Source of the DNA: Candidatus Eiseniibacteriota bacterium | GTDB taxonomy: Bacteria; Eisenbacteria; RBG-16-71-46 | Assembly: GCA_044222065.1 (NCBI GenBank) | Contig: JBGAOA010000045.1 | Span: forward strand, 1 to 34,589 | Length of the DNA stretch: 34,589 nt | Direction of reading: 5' to 3' | The notes under the pieces: model-generated | The model's database searches: none | The model's input: only the letters and a program-made list of their open reading frames with translations | What the model was told of the DNA's origin: nothing | Shown: positions 9,301 to 17,671 of the stretch, piece by piece | Layout of the letters: each line of letters opens with the position of its first letter | Numbering within the stretch: the stretch's first letter is position 1 | Made by a program: the position numbers and the translations under genes

Positions 9301-9935
9301 CCGCCGAGCGCCGGGTGCGTGTAGTCCACGCCGGTGTCGATGATGCCGACGCGAATTCCGGCGCCCGAGACGCCCGCGAGGTCGCGCAGCTGATCCGCGC
9401 GGATGATGGGCACGCTCTCGGCGAGCGACGCCCGCACTTCGCGGTCGAGCACGACGCGCCGCACGTACGGGAGCCGGCGCACCGGACCGAGCAGTTCGGG
9501 CGCGAGCGTCACCGCGGCGCCGCTCAGAACCTCGGAGTACTCGCGCCGGATGATCGCGACGTTCGTCGCGCCCGACGCGCGCTTCGAACCGCGCGCGCTC
9601 GCCGCGAGCGCCGCGAGATCGGAGCGGAAGCGTTCGAGGCGTTGTGCCGGCGCGATCGCCGACAGGCCGCGCGCGCGCAGGGACACGGCGGGGGGCCCGT
9701 CGAACTCGACGATCAGGCGCAGCGGCGCGTTCGCATCGAGCGTCTGTTGCGCGAGCGAACCATCGTGCTTCGTCAGCTGCACGACGCCGGAACCCGCGGG
9801 CAGCACGTCGCGTTGCGTGCGTCCGTCGGGGGCGACGCGGCTCACCACGGCACTCGGCGCGCCGTTCGCGAGCGAGGCGAGGAGGAGCGGCAGCAGGGCC
9901 AGCAGCGGGGGCAGCGTGCGAGGCGGGGTCTTCAC
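6390..9935 (-). CDS. Secreted S8 subtilisin-family serine protease with propeptide and C-terminal sorting domain
   Basis: GTG at 9935 with GAGGAG RBS; catalytic motifs IIDTG, HGTHVAG, AAGN and SGTSMATP; C-terminal PNP..DVAGR..PGVHF domain. Confidence 0.93.
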   Translation of the reverse strand: MKTPPRTLPPLLALLPLLLASLANGAPSAVVSRVAPDGRTQRDVLPAGSGVVQLTKHDGSLAQQTLDANAPLRLIVEFDGPPAVSLRARGLSAIAPAQRLERFRSDLAALAASARGSKRASGATNVAIIRREYSEVLSGAAVTLAPELLGPVRRLPYVRRVVLDREVRASLAESVPIIRADQLRDLAGVSGAGIRVGIIDTGVDYTHPALGGEFGPGERVAGGYDFVNGDADPLDDHGHGTHVAGIIGGNGGGIVGVAPEATLYAFKVLDAAGYGSSADIIAAMERALDPDQNPGTADAMHVVNLSLGAPYGDPDDVMSLALDALVEAGVVCCVAAGNDGTWFSIGTPGASRRAITVGSTDKLDSLSWFTSLGPVPRTYDLKPDLLAPGEAIVSAQMGGGTVAMSGTSMATPHMAGVAALLLELHPGWTPDQVKSALATSAHDLGRTPLQQGSGRLDALDASARDLSIAPVHLAFGAVPFGPATWSRTDTLRFQNLGAQARTILFPSSLALANGAVAHVAPASVLVPAGGAAMTFVTLDVDNAAFPDPSAPPYGAAGTLVGTCNGRAYRVPVSFHQHASLDIVTSAPIHLIFVEDHATRALLYADWYTGEIRLPKGVYDVTVSFFPFYTFVRRENVIVEANETISIEPEEATLVQTFANVGADGQPVTCEAGSLQLSRAGSNWSTSFVGFPLDQVLTSPMPDGNLEWSRYSTNYRDRWTSFADEQVGLTASHTFTNSPAAVHHFTVDYPQLPAATAAPLFYEYHPNPPDWGGYFGFGFYLGVPATGPFTATYDIVCPPHEGHFQLGMAIEFWPMIGTAIDWANPPLLIAPSMRVDRGWPIETYEAVMLFDPASWFSGTNMKLYGGLPVWRGMFHNTAALLSLDEGGLFFAPHLVADSYGTVMQEPDGTFELSQNGVPAASGPMPGTGGFTLAGRFELPWPGAGAWDFASGRDVPGRGAGARFEFAAHVGPAVPQDANPPALRAFQVQANGAEADSIDFASAIAPRVRFQVTDETSAVPTLRVREGAGGAWTPIALQTSGIEWTAALPPTLDGSVSLQLELLDPWGQRSLHTWSPAFVARAGTPVAVPPAAAPARLALAGAVPNPARAAALTLRFSLPDASPARLELLDVAGRRVALREVGGLGAGEHAVRLETRRPLRPGVHFARLTRDGRSLVTRVCVLD

Positions 9936-10175
9936 GTTCGCTCCTCGTCGCGACTCGAGCGATCCGGCGCGCGTCGAACGGCGCGACCGGTTCGAAGTCA
10001 CGACCTCGAACCAGGGGAAGTTCGCGAGCCTCGCGGGTGGGGCCCGAAATGTAGCAATGCCGCGGCCCCACGGACAGGAGAACTTTCGTTCCGGCTCGCG
10101 GGCGAAGCCCGCTGGACGGGCCGTGACGGCACGACGCCGTGGCGCAAGCCAGACGCCCCTCCCGCTCCGGTGGCC

Positions 10176-10200
10176 GCGGCGGCGCTCTTCGCACCGCCGC
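10176..10200 (-). terminator. GC-rich hairpin downstream of the NHL gene (no U-tract)
   Basis: Minus strand reads gcggcggtgc-gaaga-gcgccgccgc. Confidence 0.35.
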
Positions 10201-10213
10201 TCCACCGCGCGCG

Positions 10214-11434
10214 TCACTTCACGACGTCGAGCCTTCCGAACTCGACGCTCGGGCCGTGCTCGAGCCGCACCAGGTAGAGCCCGGCGGGCAGCTCGGCGCC
10301 GTCGCGGCCGCGCGCGTCCCACGCGATCGGGTGGTCGCCCGCGGGCAGCGTGCCCTCGGCGAGGTTCGCGACGAGCCGTCCGCTGACGTCGAGCACCGAG
10401 AGCCGCACGCGCTCTTCGCGTGCGAGGCGGAACGTCACGGTTGCCGACGCGCGGCACGGATTCGGCGCGAGCGATCGCAGCGCGAGGTTCCCGGGGCGTG
10501 CGACGGGAGCATTCGGGCTCACGTCTTCCGTGACGTACTTGAAGCGCTGAACGCGCGAGTTCTGCTCGTCGCTCGCGTAGAGCGAACCGTCGAGTCCGAA
10601 CGCGAGCCCGCTCAGGCCCTGGAACTCGCCCTGCCCCGTGCCGACCGTTCCCATCGAGTCCACGGGCGTGCCGTCCGCGGCGAACACGCGGATCATCCCG
10701 TTCTCGTAGTCCGCGAGCCACAGCTGTCCCGACGCATCGGCTTCGATGTCCGTCGCGTTCTGCGCGCCGGTGTCGAACGAGCCGACGAACGTGCCGTCGG
10801 GCAGGTACTGCTCGACGATCGGCGCGAGCCACTGGACGACGTGGATCGTGCCGCCCGACTCGACGATCCCCGAGGGATAGGTCGGGCCCTGGCTCGTCCA
10901 GTCGACGATCGGCGCGCCCGCCGCCGTGTACTTGAACACGGACTGGTTGTTGAAGCCGCTCACGTACACGTCGCCCGCGGCATCGAGGGCGACGTGATCC
11001 GTTCGCGTGCCGGGCGTGGTCCAGGCGAACAGGAAGTTGCCCGAGCCGTCGAACTTCTCGACGCGGACGCCGACGTAGTCGCAGATGTACACGTCGCCGG
11101 CCGTGTCGAACGCCATGCCGTAGGGGTTCTGGAACTGCCCGTCGCCGGCGCCCGTTCCGCCGAACGCGAACAGCAGCTCGCCGCCGGTCGGCGCGTACAC
11201 GCGGATCGAATCGTCGAAGCACGACACCCACACGCGGCCGAGCGGATCCACTTCGACGTCCTGCGGGTGGCCGGGCACGAACCACTCCTCGACGTAGGGC
11301 GGGAACGCGCGGGCCGGGCCCGCAAACAGTGCGAGCGCAGCGACGAACGCGGCGAGCATCGATCCGGACCGGGCGAGGGACGCGCGACGGGACGCGAATG
11401 CGAGGGGCGGACGCTGCGGGCGAGGGATCGGCAC
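10214..11434 (-). CDS. Secreted NHL-repeat propeller with FlgD-Ig/T9SS-like C-terminal domain
   Basis: GTG at 11434 with GAGGAG RBS; signal peptide ending PARA; NHL repeats; C-terminal PNP..DVSGR..WDAR..AGLY. Confidence 0.88.
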   Translation of the reverse strand: MPIPRPQRPPLAFASRRASLARSGSMLAAFVAALALFAGPARAFPPYVEEWFVPGHPQDVEVDPLGRVWVSCFDDSIRVYAPTGGELLFAFGGTGAGDGQFQNPYGMAFDTAGDVYICDYVGVRVEKFDGSGNFLFAWTTPGTRTDHVALDAAGDVYVSGFNNQSVFKYTAAGAPIVDWTSQGPTYPSGIVESGGTIHVVQWLAPIVEQYLPDGTFVGSFDTGAQNATDIEADASGQLWLADYENGMIRVFAADGTPVDSMGTVGTGQGEFQGLSGLAFGLDGSLYASDEQNSRVQRFKYVTEDVSPNAPVARPGNLALRSLAPNPCRASATVTFRLAREERVRLSVLDVSGRLVANLAEGTLPAGDHPIAWDARGRDGAELPAGLYLVRLEHGPSVEFGRLDVVK

Positions 11435-11671
11435 GGGAACTCCTCTCGGTTCCGTTCCGCGCCTCGGGAGGCTCGCGGGATCGCGCGGCTCGGGGACCGG
11501 CGATCGCGACGCTCCGGCGCGAAGGGACGAGGGCGTCCCGTCGGTCGGGAGACGCCGCTCTTCGATCCACTCAACCGGCCGCGGCGTGCGAAGCGCACAG
11601 ACGAGGCATCGCGAGCCCCGGGGAGGGAATTCGGCGATGGTCGGCGGCACGCGTGCGCGCCGACCGTGCCG

Positions 11672-12640
11672 TCAGTCCGCGAGCACCACCTTTCGCGTAC
11701 GCCGCTCGCCCGCCTGATCGAGGCTCAGCCAGTACACGCCGGAAGCGAGCGACGTCCCCGGATCGAGCCGCACGACGTGGGCGCCCGCGCCGAGATCGCC
11801 GACCGGCATCGCGGCCACGCGGCGACCGCACACGTCGAGCAGCGCGAGTTCGGCGCGCTCGGCGCTCGCGAGCGTGAAGGCGACGTCGAGGTGAGAGCGC
11901 GGCGCGGGATTGCTCGCGGGACCGCGCAGAGCGAGCCCGGCCGCGGGAGCCGCGGGCGCATCGAGCGTCGTCACCTGTTCGAAGTAGAAGCTGCGCACCT
12001 CGCCGCGTGCGTTCGAACCGCCCGTGGCATCACCGAGGAAGATGCGGTTCCCGGTCACCGCCAGACTGCTCGTCGTCGTGAGGACGAGCACGTCATCGCG
12101 GTAGAGCCGCTGCGTGGAGGGTGGCTCGAACTCCATGCGGTAGTCGTGGAATCGGGAGGCGTTGTCGTACGTGCCCGGCGCAGGGACCCAGCCGACGGGG
12201 CCGATGTAGAAGAGCTTCGACGGCGAGATCGAGAAGCCGTAGATCGCCGATCCCGCGCTGAATCCGAACGCCAGGCCGCCTCGGCCGTCGGCGTAGTCGG
12301 CCGCTCCGACGACCTCGAGACATCGGGCCGAGGCGCGGATGCGCTTGGACTCGGTCGTGGTCACGAGCCCTTCCAGGGCGGTGTAGTACGCCGAGCCGCC
12401 CTGGAGCATGTACGGCTCCGCGAGCGCGTCGAGTTCGAGCACCCCCCCGTTCACCGAGAAGATGTTCGCCTCGAGCGTCGAGGCGTGGATGCCGGACGCC
12501 GTGTAAGTCATTCCCTGCGCGCTCGGCAGCGACGCGAAGGACAGCGTGAAACTCTGGGGCGCCGCGAAGGCGCCCGTGGCGAGCGGCGCGAGCGCGAGAA
12601 TGGAAGTGAGGATCGTGTCTCGGAGGGTGTGGGCACGCAT
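11672..12640 (-). CDS. Secreted protein with ConA/LamG-like beta-sandwich and C-terminal sorting domain
   Basis: ATG at 12640 with GGAG RBS; signal peptide; FHDYRMEF..LYRDD..NRIFLGD motifs; C-terminal SNP..DVCGR..SGVYW..RKVVLAD. Confidence 0.82.
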   Translation of the reverse strand: MRAHTLRDTILTSILALAPLATGAFAAPQSFTLSFASLPSAQGMTYTASGIHASTLEANIFSVNGGVLELDALAEPYMLQGGSAYYTALEGLVTTTESKRIRASARCLEVVGAADYADGRGGLAFGFSAGSAIYGFSISPSKLFYIGPVGWVPAPGTYDNASRFHDYRMEFEPPSTQRLYRDDVLVLTTTSSLAVTGNRIFLGDATGGSNARGEVRSFYFEQVTTLDAPAAPAAGLALRGPASNPAPRSHLDVAFTLASAERAELALLDVCGRRVAAMPVGDLGAGAHVVRLDPGTSLASGVYWLSLDQAGERRTRKVVLAD

Positions 12641-12741
12641 TGAAACTCCGCTCGGTCGTGAGGGGTCCGTGGCGCGAAACCGCCACTGGGCTCGTGCCGG
12701 GCGAAGCGCACCACGCGCCCGCGCCGGAACCCGGCACCTCC

Positions 12742-12773
12742 GTGAGACCGGGGTCGGCCTCGGAAGATCACGG
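12742..12773 (-). promoter_or_regulatory. Conserved motif CCGTGATCTTCCG-N10-CGGTCTCAC, copy 2
   Basis: Identical blocks and spacing to 1228-1259; ~100 bp upstream of the 12640 start. Confidence 0.55.
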
Positions 12774-13024
12774 GGAAATCGCTTCGGCGCCCGACGACGT
12801 TCCGGCAGGATCGCTGCTTCGCCCCCCGCGCGCGCTCGTCCGGCGCTTCGCCGGCGTTCTGCCCGCGACCGTGGCCGAGCGGACGCCCGGCGCGCAGAGT
12901 GGCGGCGGCTTCGACGCGTCGCCTCCGCCACGGCTCTCGCCGACGGCCGCAACGTGCCGACGCCCGGGTGCCGCCGAGTCCGCGAGTGAACGCCGCTCGC
13001 CCACGCTCGCCCGAGGTCGCGATC

Positions 13025-13246
13025 GTGTCCCTCGTCCGCAGTTCGTCTCCGAAGCGCGCACACGATCGCTTCGTCGCCGCCGCGCTCGCACTGGCAATCG
13101 CCGCCCCGCCGGCCCGTGCCGGCGCGCCCGCCGATTCGGTCGGCTCGCTCGATCGCGGACGACCGCGGCACGGGCGGGATTCGGTCCCGGCGGCCGGACT
13201 CGCGGAACGAGGAGATTCCCGCGCGCGCTCACCCGCGCTAGATTGA
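13025..13246 (+). pseudogene. Short signal-peptide-bearing ORF, probable gene remnant
   Basis: GAGG RBS, GTG start, FVAAALALAIAAPPARA signal, then ~40 unstructured residues. Confidence 0.3.
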
Positions 13247-13297
13247 GCTGCGGCTACATCGCGATCCTCTCCAACTCACGCCCCGCGGAGCCCCGTC

Positions 13298-13831
13298 GTG
13301 CGCACCGCCCCCGCCGAAGTCCTGATCGCCATCTTGAACGAACTCGTGCACGGCTCCCCGGATCCCGCCGCGAACACGGTCGTGCTCAATCAGGGCGACC
13401 CCGGACTCCTCGCCTCGCTCGCGCGGCTGACCGCGGAACAAGCGAACGCGCGCCCGGCGAACGGCGGCGCCAGCGTGGCGGCGCACGTGGACCACCTGCG
13501 CTACGCGCTCATGCTGCTCAACCGCTGGGCGGGCGGCAGTCCGCCGCCGTGGCCCGACATGGATTGGACCACGAGCTGGAAGCTCGACTCGCTCACCGAT
13601 TCGCAGTGGCTCTCGTTGCGCACGTCGCTCGCCGACGAAGCGACGCGCTGGGCGGCGGCACTCGCCGAGCCGCGCGTGCGCGAGCGCATCGGCGAGAAGT
13701 GGGCCACGGCGAGCGTGGCGCATCTCGCCTATCACATGGGTGCGATTCGCCAGATCGCCTACGGCGCGCGCGGACCGCGAGCGGAAGACGAAGCCTCGGC
13801 GCAGGAGCGAGCGAAGCGCGAGCGCGGCTGA
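13298..13831 (+). CDS. DinB/YfiT-family protein
   Basis: SVAAHVDHL and AHLAYHMGAIRQ His motifs; four-helix pattern. Confidence 0.85.
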   Translation: MRTAPAEVLIAILNELVHGSPDPAANTVVLNQGDPGLLASLARLTAEQANARPANGGASVAAHVDHLRYALMLLNRWAGGSPPPWPDMDWTTSWKLDSLTDSQWLSLRTSLADEATRWAAALAEPRVRERIGEKWATASVAHLAYHMGAIRQIAYGARGPRAEDEASAQERAKRERG

Positions 13832-13908
13832 GTCGGCGCGCAAGCGGCGCGAACCCCGATCGCGAGCAGGCGTGTCGCCGGCGCTTCGTCGCTCCCGCCG
13901 CGGCGGCT

Positions 13909-16353
13909 CTACTGCGCCACGACGATGCGCCGCACGCGCGTGTTGCCCAGCGCTTCGAACCGCGCGAAGTACAGCCCCGCGCCCACCGCGCGATCGCTCC
14001 GGTCGCGAAGGTCCCACACGGCCTCGTGCTCGCCCGGGTCACGCGCCCCGTTTGCGAGTTCGCGCACGAGGCGCCCCGCCGCGTCGTACACCGCCACGCG
14101 CACGGCGCACGCCTGCGGAAGCGAGAAGCGCAGCGTCGTCCGCGTCCCCGCGGGGTTCGGCATCGGGGCCGCGAACGACAGCCCCTGCGCCCCGTCCTCC
14201 ACGCCCACCGTGCCCGACGGCAGCAGCGTCGCCACTGCCGACTCGTTCCCGTGCGAGTCCACCGCCGTCAGCTTGTACCAGTTCAGCGCGCCCGGAGTGT
14301 CCGTGTAGCTCGTCCCGGGAATCGCTGCCACCAGGTTGCCCGGCCCCGGAACGAACCCCGACGTCGGCCCGCGATAGAGCCTGTAGCCCGCGAGATCGCT
14401 CTCGACGTTCGCGTCCCAGTGCAGCGACGCGCTGCCGCCCGCGTACTGCCCCGAGAACGGCGCCGGCATCGCGGGCGCAAGGTTGTCCACCGAGTAACCC
14501 GAGTCCGGTCGCGAGAGCCAGTACATCGAGCTGCTCCAGTTGCGCGCCACCACCATGAACGCCGTCTTCGGATTCGAGCCCGCCACCGAGTCGCCGAGCG
14601 TCGGCGCGACGAGGCTGTAGCCACTGAGATAGTGAAGCGGCGTGACCGACGTGAGGTACTCCCAGTAGTACGCACTCGTCGCGTCCGCGATCAGGTCTCC
14701 CGGGCGCAGCGCGAAGCCGTCGCCTTCGAGCGCGCGCACCGGCACGCCGCGCGCCCTCATCCGGGCGGCCACGTTCGGGGGCACCGAGCGCAGCACGTCG
14801 TAGGCATTGAGGTTCCCGTCCTGCGCCAGGTCCAGGTAGCTCGCGTTCCAGGACACCTTCACGCGGCCGCCCTGATCGTTCGGAACGTCCTTCACCGACA
14901 CGATCTCCGCTTCCGGCGTGCCGAGGTAGCCGTGACGCGCCACGCGCTGCGCGTAGATGTCCGTGGTCGAGGCGCTGCGGAGGTCCTGCCAGGTCACGAT
15001 GGTCCCGCCCGCGCCGTCAGGAGCAACCGCAGCAAACGACTGGACGTTCGCCGCCGTGGACAGCGCGCGGCCGTTGGCAGGCCACGTGGGATCCACCGCG
15101 CCCGAGGTCAGCACGTGCTGCGCGTAGATGTCGTACTCCGTGCCGCTGCGGCGGTCGAGCCATGCAACGATGGCTCCGCCGACGCCGTCCGCTTCGATCT
15201 TCAGGGAGTACTGGTCGCCAGCCGCCACGCACAGCGCGCGGCCATCGGCTGGCCAGGCGGGATCCGCCGCGCCCGATGCGAGCACGTGCTGCGCGTAGAT
15301 GTCGTACTCCGTGCCGCTGCGGAGGTCGATCCACGCAACGATGGCCCCGCCCGCGCCATCCGTGACGAGCGTCGGGACGTTCTGTAGGCTCGCCGCCAGG
15401 CACAGCGCGCGGCCGTCGACAGGCCACATCGGATCCACCGTGCCCGATGTCAGCACGTGCTGCGCGTAGATGTCGTACTCCGTGCCGCCGCGGCGGTCGT
15501 TCCACGTCACGATGGCCCCGCCCGCCCCGTCCGTGACGAGCGTCGGGTAGCCCCGCTCGCCCGCTGCCACGCACAGCGCGCGGCCATCGGCCGGCCACGC
15601 GGGATCCACGGCGCCCGACGCCAGAACGTGCTGCGCGTAGATGTCGGTGTTCGTGCCGCTGCGGAAATCCTGCCAGGTCGCGATGGCCCCGCCCGAGCCG
15701 TCCGAGACGAGCGTCGGGTAGGACTGCTCTCCCGCCGCCACGCACAGCGCGCGACCATCCGCCGGCCAGGCGGGGTCCACGGCGCCCGAGGCCAGCACGT
15801 GCTGCGCATAGACGTCGGCCGTGCCGGTGCGGAAGTCGAACCACGTGACGATGGCGCCGCCGGCGCCATCCGAGACGATCTCCGCGTTGGACTGATAGCC
15901 CGGCGCCATGCACAGCGCTCGACCGTCCGCCGGCCACGCAGGATCCACCGCGCCTGACGCCAGGACGTGCTGCGCATAGATGTCGACCGCGCCGCCGCGC
16001 GCGTCCTGCCAGGTCGCGATGGCCCCGCCCGCGCCGTCCGTGACCAGCATCACGTAGAACTGATCGTTCGCAGCCGCGCACAGCGTCCGGCCGTGCGCGG
16101 GCCACGCAGGATCTACCGCACCCGACGCCAGGATGTGCTGCGCGTAGATGTCGGCCGCGCCACCGCGGTAGTCGTACCACGTGACGATGGCGCCCCCGGC
16201 GCCGTCCGAGACGATCATCGGGCGGAATTGTCCGCCGCCCGCGGTGCACACCGGAAGGTTCGTGAACGGGCTGTTGGGCCAGGCGGCCAGTGCGGGCGAA
16301 GCGAGCGTCGCGATGAACAGCGTCGCGAGACAGACGCGAAGGCGTGGGCGCAT
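13909..16353 (-). CDS. Secreted tandem-repeat beta-propeller protein with Fn3-like domain and FlgD-Ig/T9SS-like C-terminal domain
   Basis: ATG at 16353 with GGAGG RBS; signal peptide; 8 DGAGGAIxxWxDxR..DIYAQ repeats; Fn3-like LHWDAN..GYRLYR..YKLTAVD..GNES; C-terminal PNP domain. Confidence 0.9.
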   Translation of the reverse strand: MRPRLRVCLATLFIATLASPALAAWPNSPFTNLPVCTAGGGQFRPMIVSDGAGGAIVTWYDYRGGAADIYAQHILASGAVDPAWPAHGRTLCAAANDQFYVMLVTDGAGGAIATWQDARGGAVDIYAQHVLASGAVDPAWPADGRALCMAPGYQSNAEIVSDGAGGAIVTWFDFRTGTADVYAQHVLASGAVDPAWPADGRALCVAAGEQSYPTLVSDGSGGAIATWQDFRSGTNTDIYAQHVLASGAVDPAWPADGRALCVAAGERGYPTLVTDGAGGAIVTWNDRRGGTEYDIYAQHVLTSGTVDPMWPVDGRALCLAASLQNVPTLVTDGAGGAIVAWIDLRSGTEYDIYAQHVLASGAADPAWPADGRALCVAAGDQYSLKIEADGVGGAIVAWLDRRSGTEYDIYAQHVLTSGAVDPTWPANGRALSTAANVQSFAAVAPDGAGGTIVTWQDLRSASTTDIYAQRVARHGYLGTPEAEIVSVKDVPNDQGGRVKVSWNASYLDLAQDGNLNAYDVLRSVPPNVAARMRARGVPVRALEGDGFALRPGDLIADATSAYYWEYLTSVTPLHYLSGYSLVAPTLGDSVAGSNPKTAFMVVARNWSSSMYWLSRPDSGYSVDNLAPAMPAPFSGQYAGGSASLHWDANVESDLAGYRLYRGPTSGFVPGPGNLVAAIPGTSYTDTPGALNWYKLTAVDSHGNESAVATLLPSGTVGVEDGAQGLSFAAPMPNPAGTRTTLRFSLPQACAVRVAVYDAAGRLVRELANGARDPGEHEAVWDLRDRSDRAVGAGLYFARFEALGNTRVRRIVVAQ
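14930..16281 (-). repeat. Intragenic tandem repeat, ~8 units of 168-171 bp (56-57 aa)
   Basis: e.g. cgcgtagatgtcgtactccgtgccgc recurs at 15121, 15292 and 15463 (171-bp period). Confidence 0.9.
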
Positions 16354-16735
16354 CAGCGGCCTCCAACCGAGCCTGAGGGGATGAGACGACCGTCGGGGAC
16401 GCGCCGCGTCCCCGTCCGGCAGAAGGTTGCAGGTCACGACACCGCGCGTTCCGCCGCGACGCGTGCGGCGACCGCCGGACGGCCCGTCACTCGAAGCGAA
16501 GCGAGGGACGCGTTCGTTGCGGTGGTCTTCCGGAGCATCGCGCTCGATCACGCCGCGGGTGCCTGAGACAGGGAACGAGCGTCCCGGGCCTCCGTCACAG
16601 CGTCCGGGGCCGGGAGCGACGGCCGCGCCGTGGATCCGGGCGACTGCCTCGCGCGGTTCGCGCATCCCGGCGGCGTGACGAGCCGGCGAGTCGTGGTGCT
16701 CGAGTGAGGAGATCGCGCGCACGGGTTCGTGGGTC

Positions 16736-16772
16736 TTGTCCCGGATCAATTATCTGACTATAGTCAGGTACA
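16736..16772 (+). promoter_or_regulatory. Sigma70 promoter (TTGTCC-17-TATAGT) overlapped by palindromic operator CTGACTATAGTCAG; probably leaderless
   Basis: -35 at 16736-16741, -10 at 16759-16764, perfect 14-bp palindrome at 16754-16767, ATG at 16772, no RBS. Confidence 0.75.
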
Positions 16773-17671
16773 TGATCGATCCCGAACTCGTCGCCCGGAT
16801 TCGCCGCTTCAACCGAACGATCACGCGCCGGATCGGCGCACTCGACGAGTCGTTCCTCGGCGAAGGGGTCTCGCTCGGCAAGGCGCGCGTGCTCTACGAG
16901 ATCGCGAACGGTCTCATCCAGGTGCGCGAACTGCGCGCGCGGCTCCGGCTGGATTCCGGGCACATGAGCCGGCTGCTGCGATCGCTCGAGAAGGCGCGCC
17001 TGATCCGCACCTCCCCCGACGCGAACGATGCCCGGGCTCGCACGTGCGCGCTGACGCCGAAGGGCCGCGCAAAACTCGCATCGCTCGAACGCAAGACCAG
17101 CGACGGCGCGCGCGCGTGGCTCGCGCCGCTCAGCGAAAGCAGGCGCCGGGCGCTGCAGGTGGCGATGGACGAGGTCGTCCACCTGCTCACCGCGTCCGAG
17201 GTCGAATTGCGGCTCGAGCCTCCGACGACGCCGCTCGCCCGCCAGTGCCTCGAGCGCTTCGTGCGCGAGCTCGACGAACGCTTCGACGGCGGGTTCGATC
17301 TGGCGCGGGCGACCTCGGCGAGCGCCGAAGAAACGACGCCGCCCCGCGGCGCCTTCTTCGTCGCGGTGCTCGACGACCAGCCCGTGGGCTGCATCGCGCT
17401 CAAGATGGACGCCGGTGGCAAGGTCGGCGAGGTGAAGCGCATGTGGGTCTCGCCCGATGTGCGACGGCTCGGCGTCGGTCGGCGACTGCTGGAGCGGCTC
17501 GAGGCCCACGCGCGCGATCTCGGCATTCGCAGGCTGCGACTCGAGACGAACCGCGCGCTTTCGGAGGCGCAGGCGCTCTACCGCGCGTGCGGCTACGTCG
17601 AGATCCCGCTCTACGACGACGAGCCGTACGCCGACTTCGCGTTCGAGAAGCGGCTCGCAGGTCGCAGATGA
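16772..17671 (+). CDS. Bifunctional MarR-type HTH regulator / GNAT acetyltransferase
   Basis: IRRFNR..ARVLYEI..LDSGHMSRLL..D.R wHTH; GEVKRMWV..RRLGVGRRLL..AQALYRACGY GNAT motifs. Confidence 0.92.
   Translation: MIDPELVARIRRFNRTITRRIGALDESFLGEGVSLGKARVLYEIANGLIQVRELRARLRLDSGHMSRLLRSLEKARLIRTSPDANDARARTCALTPKGRAKLASLERKTSDGARAWLAPLSESRRRALQVAMDEVVHLLTASEVELRLEPPTTPLARQCLERFVRELDERFDGGFDLARATSASAEETTPPRGAFFVAVLDDQPVGCIALKMDAGGKVGEVKRMWVSPDVRRLGVGRRLLERLEAHARDLGIRRLRLETNRALSEAQALYRACGYVEIPLYDDEPYADFAFEKRLAGRR

Noticed and set aside
6726..10277. 1183-aa + strand ORF and similar long ORFs (152-1231, 6220-8943, 10139-12643, 12640-15387)
   Set aside because: Arg/Ala-rich antisense or off-frame shadows of genuine genes, as expected in high-GC DNA; no domain motifs.
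9936..11570. Apparent 545-aa N-terminal extension making the protease 1726 aa
   Set aside because: Off-frame overlap with the NHL gene; RBS and signal peptide indicate the start at 9935.
12810..13012. CGCTCGCCC / CGCTCGTCC repeats as further LytTR boxes
   Set aside because: Degenerate, inconsistently spaced and expected by chance at this GC content.
14930..16281. Regular DNA repeats as a CRISPR array or DGR template/variable repeat
   Set aside because: In-frame coding repeats with no unique spacers; no cas or reverse transcriptase gene in the window; differences are not adenine-specific.
16394..16414. Hairpin CGGGGACGC-GCC-GCGTCCCCG upstream of the propeller gene as a riboswitch or terminator
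   Set aside because: Single GC stem without a U-tract or recognisable aptamer; function cannot be supported.
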